From: Callorhinchus milii
Lineage: Eukaryota
Direction: 5' to 3'
DNA length: 38,343 bases
Assembly (NCBI RefSeq): GCF_018977255.1
Contig: NW_024705508.1
Span: 1 to 38,343 of the forward strand
Below are positions 34,292 to 38,343 of this stretch, in pieces. The notes beneath the pieces were generated by a model. It did no database searches, was not told where the DNA came from, and saw only the letters and a program-made list of their open reading frames with translations. A program made the position numbers and the translations under genes. The stretch's first letter is position 1; the number at the start of each line of letters is the position of its first letter.

Positions 34292-34698
34292 CCTGGCTCG
34301 GGGGTCAGATTCCACCACTGCCCACCTGTAGGACCCTGTGCAAATGCAAGTTGTTGTTGATGTCGTGGATCAATGAAGGATAAAGGTTCCTTATTGTGCT
34401 GAGAGGTTGCAATGTCCTGTTGGTGTTTATTGCCTCAAAGGTTATTTATCTTTCAGCCCAGCACTTTCCTGCTCGCCCCTCAAAATGAGGAATTGTCTTA
34501 TCTGCCACCCCGCATCTTGACACTTTTGCTGATTCTATCGGGTAAACTCTCAACGGTTTTGTGGGGACGTCGCCGGGCGCAATCGGCTGCCGCGTTTCGC
34601 CCACAAAACACACAGTCATCACACTTTACACCGTATCCCGTGAAGCGCTTTGAGACGTCTCGATGGCGTGATAAGGCGCCGGAGGGTCGAACGCCAGG

Positions 34699-34733
<35 letters not shown>

Positions 34734-34837
34734 TCTCCTCGGAGCAGAGAAGGTTAAGAAAAGAGACTTAATTAAGTTTTCAGAGTGATGAGGGGATTCG
34801 ATGGGGTGAACAAGGAGAAGCTATTCTCACTGGCGGG
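31918..34837. repeat. Inverted repeat, arms 31918-32244 and 34403-34837
   Basis: Reverse-complement match, including about 150 bp of sequence that does not match the repeat families seen here. Confidence 0.9.
32630..34110 (-). mobile_element. Degenerate, internally deleted CR1 LINE (ORF1 esterase-like part and ORF2 fragments)
   Basis: DKPGNFRPVGLTSVVGKLLES...GFVKGKSCLTNL (RT); YQKLGNKLKRRASKVVSSGLLPVPRASE (ORF1); multiple frameshifts. Confidence 0.9.
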
Positions 34838-35061
34838 CGGGTCGGGGACCCGAGGACACCGATATCAAATGGTTGTTTAAAGAAACGGAGGGGAGGGGAG
34901 GAGAAATGTCTTCACACAGCGAGTTCTTGGGATCTGGAAGGCGTTGCCTGAAAGGGCGGTGGAAGCCAATTCGATAAGAACGTTTAAGAGAGAAGCAGAT
35001 AATTATTTGGGGAGGACAAGTTTGCAGAGCTGTGGGGAGAGAGCGGGGGAGTGGGGTTATG

Positions 35062-35546
35062 TATCTGTGTGAGTGTGTGTCTGTGAGTGTGTGTCTGTCT
35101 GTGTGTGTCTGTGTGTGTCTGTCTGTGTGTGAGTGTGTGTCTGTGTGAATGTGTGTCTGTGTGTGTGTGAGTGTGTGTCTGTGTGAGTGTGTGTCTGTGT
35201 GTGTCTGTGTGAGTGTGTGTCTGTGTGTGTCTGTGTCTGTGTGAGTGTGTGTCTGTGTGTGTCTATCTGTGTGAGTGTGTGTGTGTGTGAGTGTCTGTGT
35301 GTGTGTGTCTGTGTGAGTGTGTGTCTGTGTCTGTGTGAGTGTGTGTCTGTGTGTGTCTGTGTCTGTGTGTGTGTGTCTGTGTGTGTCTGTGTCTGTGTGT
35401 GTCTGTGTGTGTGTGTGTCTGTGTGTGTGTCTGTGTGAGTGTGTGTCTGTGTGTGTGTCTGTGTCTGTGTGAGTGTGTGTCTGTGAGTGTGTGTCTGTGT
35501 GAGTGTGTGTCTGTGTGTGTGTGTGTGTCTGTGTGTGTCTGTGTGC
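35062..35546. repeat. Compound (GT)n/(GTCT)/(GA) microsatellite
   Basis: About 480 bp of low-complexity tgtgtc/tgtgag repeats. Confidence 0.95.
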
Positions 35547-36174
35547 GTGGAGCAAGGAAACACGTTTCGCCCTGACTGGGAATTGAGTCCAGTTCCTCTC
35601 AGTGAACGCACACACGCGGGCACACAGTCAGACAGACAAACACACACACACACACACACAGACTGCGCTGACACGGACACATACTCAGACACGCACAGTG
35701 TGCGCGTGTGTCAGAATGTCTGTGTGTCTGAGTGTGTCTGAGTGTGCGTGTGTGCGTGTGCGTGAGGCTGTTAAGTGGGGTTTTGCTGCTTCACTTAGCC
35801 CCGAGGTGTGAGTTTAACCTCTCAGTTTAGCCTATTGACAGGAAGTCTGTGACGTCTTCGGTGAATGGTCACTAGGGCTGGCGCTCATTAACCCTTTCAC
35901 GCACACGTTTTAAAATCCCCTTCGCCCCCCTGGCATCTCCCTCCCTACCTCTCCGAACTGCTTACCCCCCCCGCAACCCTTCCCGTGTGGCCGCGTGTGT
36001 GAGCGTGTGTGTCTGTGTGTGTCTGTGTGTGTGTGTGTTCGATTAAATCTCCCCTGAACCTTCTCTTGCTCCGAGGAGAATAATCCCAGTCCCTCGGGCC
36101 TCTCCTCGTGCCTGAAGTCCTTCGTTCCTGGTCAAATGGCACCCGGGATGATCAATGGGAACTTCTCAAACGGT

Positions 36175-37407
36175 CGGGTCAGGGCAAAACATTGGGCAAG
36201 TTTCCCCACACACACCCACACGCGTGTTCCCCGGCAGTCAGTAGGAATCGCTTGTCAGGCGATCGATTGGGGGATCACTTTCCGGGGGTAATAATCCCCT
36301 CGAAACAATAATAATTCGGTGGCTTCAACCCCCGGCTGTTTGTGGGGACGTCTGTGGGCGCGATCGGCTGCCGCGTTCGGCCCCCGCCCCCCCCCACCAA
36401 AACGCACAGTCACTACACTTTACGGCGTGTCCCGTGAAGCGCTTTGAGACGTCTCGACGACGCGATCGGGCGCCGGGTCCAATGGAAGGATTGTTATCGT
36501 AATAATCCACAGCCTTTTTTGGGGGAGGGAGGGAGACGGTTCCAGATTTCCGCCACCCCTCGCGCTTGCGTGTAATTTGTGCGTGTTTTGTGCGCGCGTG
36601 TGCACGCGTGTGCACGCGTGTGCGTGGTTTGTGTGTAGACTACATTTTGTGGGAGAAACGTGGCAGCCAATTGCGCACAACAGTGTCCCACAAACAGCCG
36701 TGGATTGAAGTAACCGATTTTGTTATTGTGTGGTTTTATTCTTGAGGGATTACTATCAGATGTGTGCGCGAGTCTGTGTGTGTGTGTGTGTGCGTGTGCG
36801 TGCGCGTGTGCGCGTGTTGAGCAAGGAAACTTGCCCAAGTCCTCATCCAGCCCTGACCGGCCGCGATACCGAACCCAGGCCCCCTCTCGCCGGCGAGGTG
36901 AGGGCTCGGACCCCCCTGAGCTACAGGCAACACAGCCTGACCATCAGCTCAGTGAGTTAAGTTCCACATCAAACGTCACTCAAGCCGCCTCACACTTCCT
37001 CAAGTCGAGTTCCTTTCTGTCAGTGTGCCAGAGACTACAGACGGACGGACGGACGGACTGATTGCCTACGTGCCTCGCAAACTCGCCCCAGAAAATGGGG
37101 AGACAGACCTCCTCCGTGCACCTGCTGGCTTTTTCCGTTCTGGTTGGTAAGTGGGGTCTCTTCGCCGTGGTGTTTAATGGGGGCTGTTACTCACGATCCC
37201 GGGGTTTGACCCCGGCGCCCCGATCGCGTCGTCGAGACGTCTCAAAGCGCTCCACGCGGTAAAGTGTAGTGACTGTGCGTGCGTTTTGGGGGCCGGACGC
37301 GGCAGTCGATGGCGCCCGGCGACGTCCCCACAAACAGCCGTGGGTTGAAGTGACCGAATTCTGACTGTTTTGAAGGGATTATTACCCCCGGAAAAGTGAC
37401 TCCCTCA

Positions 37408-37443
<36 letters not shown>

Positions 37444-37600
37444 TGTGTATGTCTGTGTGTGCGTGTCTGTGTGCGTGTCCGTGTCTGTGTGCGTGGAGTA
37501 AGGAAATTTGTCTTTCGTCCTGGCCTGACCCGCCCAGAAATCGAACCCAGGTCCTCTCGCTTGTGAGGCGAGGGGTCTAACCCCTGAGCTACAGTCCTCA
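36175..37600. mobile_element. Cluster of tRNA-SINE copies (~36175-36500 plus, ~36640-36925 minus, ~37220-37595 minus)
   Basis: Family head, core and tail motifs. Confidence 0.75.
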
Positions 37601-37840
37601 TTCTAACCTCGGTTTATACTTGTGGCTTTGTTGGTGATATTTTTTTGTGGGGGTTTGAAAAATAATGAGAAATTAGCCTGGGGCTAGAGACAGAGAAGGG
37701 ATTAATACCCCCGGAAAGTGATCCCCCAATCGACTAACTGCTGATAAACAAGTGGTGTGTGTCTGTGTGGGTATGGAGTAATGAAACTGGTCTAAGGTTT
37801 CGCCATATCCGTTCCCACCCGGGAATTGAACCCTGGCTTA

Positions 37841-38186
37841 CGAGGCGAGGGGTCTAACCCCTGAGCTACAGGGGCTGTGGGGTGGGGGGCGAGGGGGTCT
37901 AACCCCTGAGCTACAGGGGCTGTGGGGTGGGGGGTGAGGGGGTCTAACCCCTGAGCTACAGGGGCTGTGGGGTGGGGGGCGAGGGGTCTAACCCCTGAGC
38001 TACAGGGGCTGTGGGGTGGGGGCGAGGAGGGGGTCTAACCCCTGAGCTACAGGGGCTGTGGGGTGGGTGCGAGGGGTCTAACCCCTGAGCTACAGGGGCT
38101 GTGGGGTGCGAGGGGGGGGTCTAACCCCTGAGCTACAGGGGCTGTGGGGTGGGGGGCGAGTGGTCTAACCCCCTGAGCTACAGGAC
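37841..38186 (-). repeat. Second array (8 copies) of the 44-bp SINE-head unit, leading into a SINE body at ~37700-37840
   Basis: Reverse complement of cctgtagctcaggggttagacccctcgcccccaccccacagcc; B box gggttcaattcc follows the last unit. Confidence 0.92.
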
Positions 38187-38343
38187 TGTAAATGGGTGGT
38201 GCGTTGTCCGGTGGTTTCCAGCTGCCTAAACGGTTGTTCTGTTTGTGTGTAACCCCTTTTCTGCTAAAACGAGGAACTGTCCATTTTCTCGCACACAAGT
38301 CCTGATTGTGTTGATAATTTCTTCACTCTTGTCTTCCCCAATA

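Noticed and set aside
34827..35741. His/Thr-rich and Cys/Val-rich ORFs
   Set aside because: They are translations of a GT microsatellite.

Overview
Repeat-rich vertebrate genomic DNA, most likely from a cartilaginous fish (shark-type CR1 tails, a Deu-domain SINE, abundant tRNA-derived SINEs). Most of the window is a minus-strand FCGBP-like (IgGFc-binding protein) gene that can be spliced by eye with consistent GT/AG sites and intron phases. It runs from a TATA/CCAAT promoter and short exon 1 (~28.6 kb) through a signal-peptide exon (23901-23971), an IgGFc_binding exon (22194-23393) and 8 vWD-containing units with C8/TIL/TILa modules. As assembled, this copy has a frameshift at ~6751 and is cut off mid-exon at 3711. 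Bases 1-1520 are a near-identical inverted copy of 3711-5231. This plus-strand copy continues into the terminal exons, stop codon and polyA signals (to ~3520), so two converging copies flank a single 3' end. Other notable structures are a recent 3x ~2.2-kb intragenic duplication on top of an older block duplication, a split uORF, two arrays of a 44-bp unit built from the tRNA head of a SINE, and a second inverted repeat with a perfect 30-bp palindrome upstream. There are no prokaryotic systems or CRISPR arrays. I cannot establish a new biological system from sequence alone; the invertible 3' end and the SINE-head arrays are the best leads.
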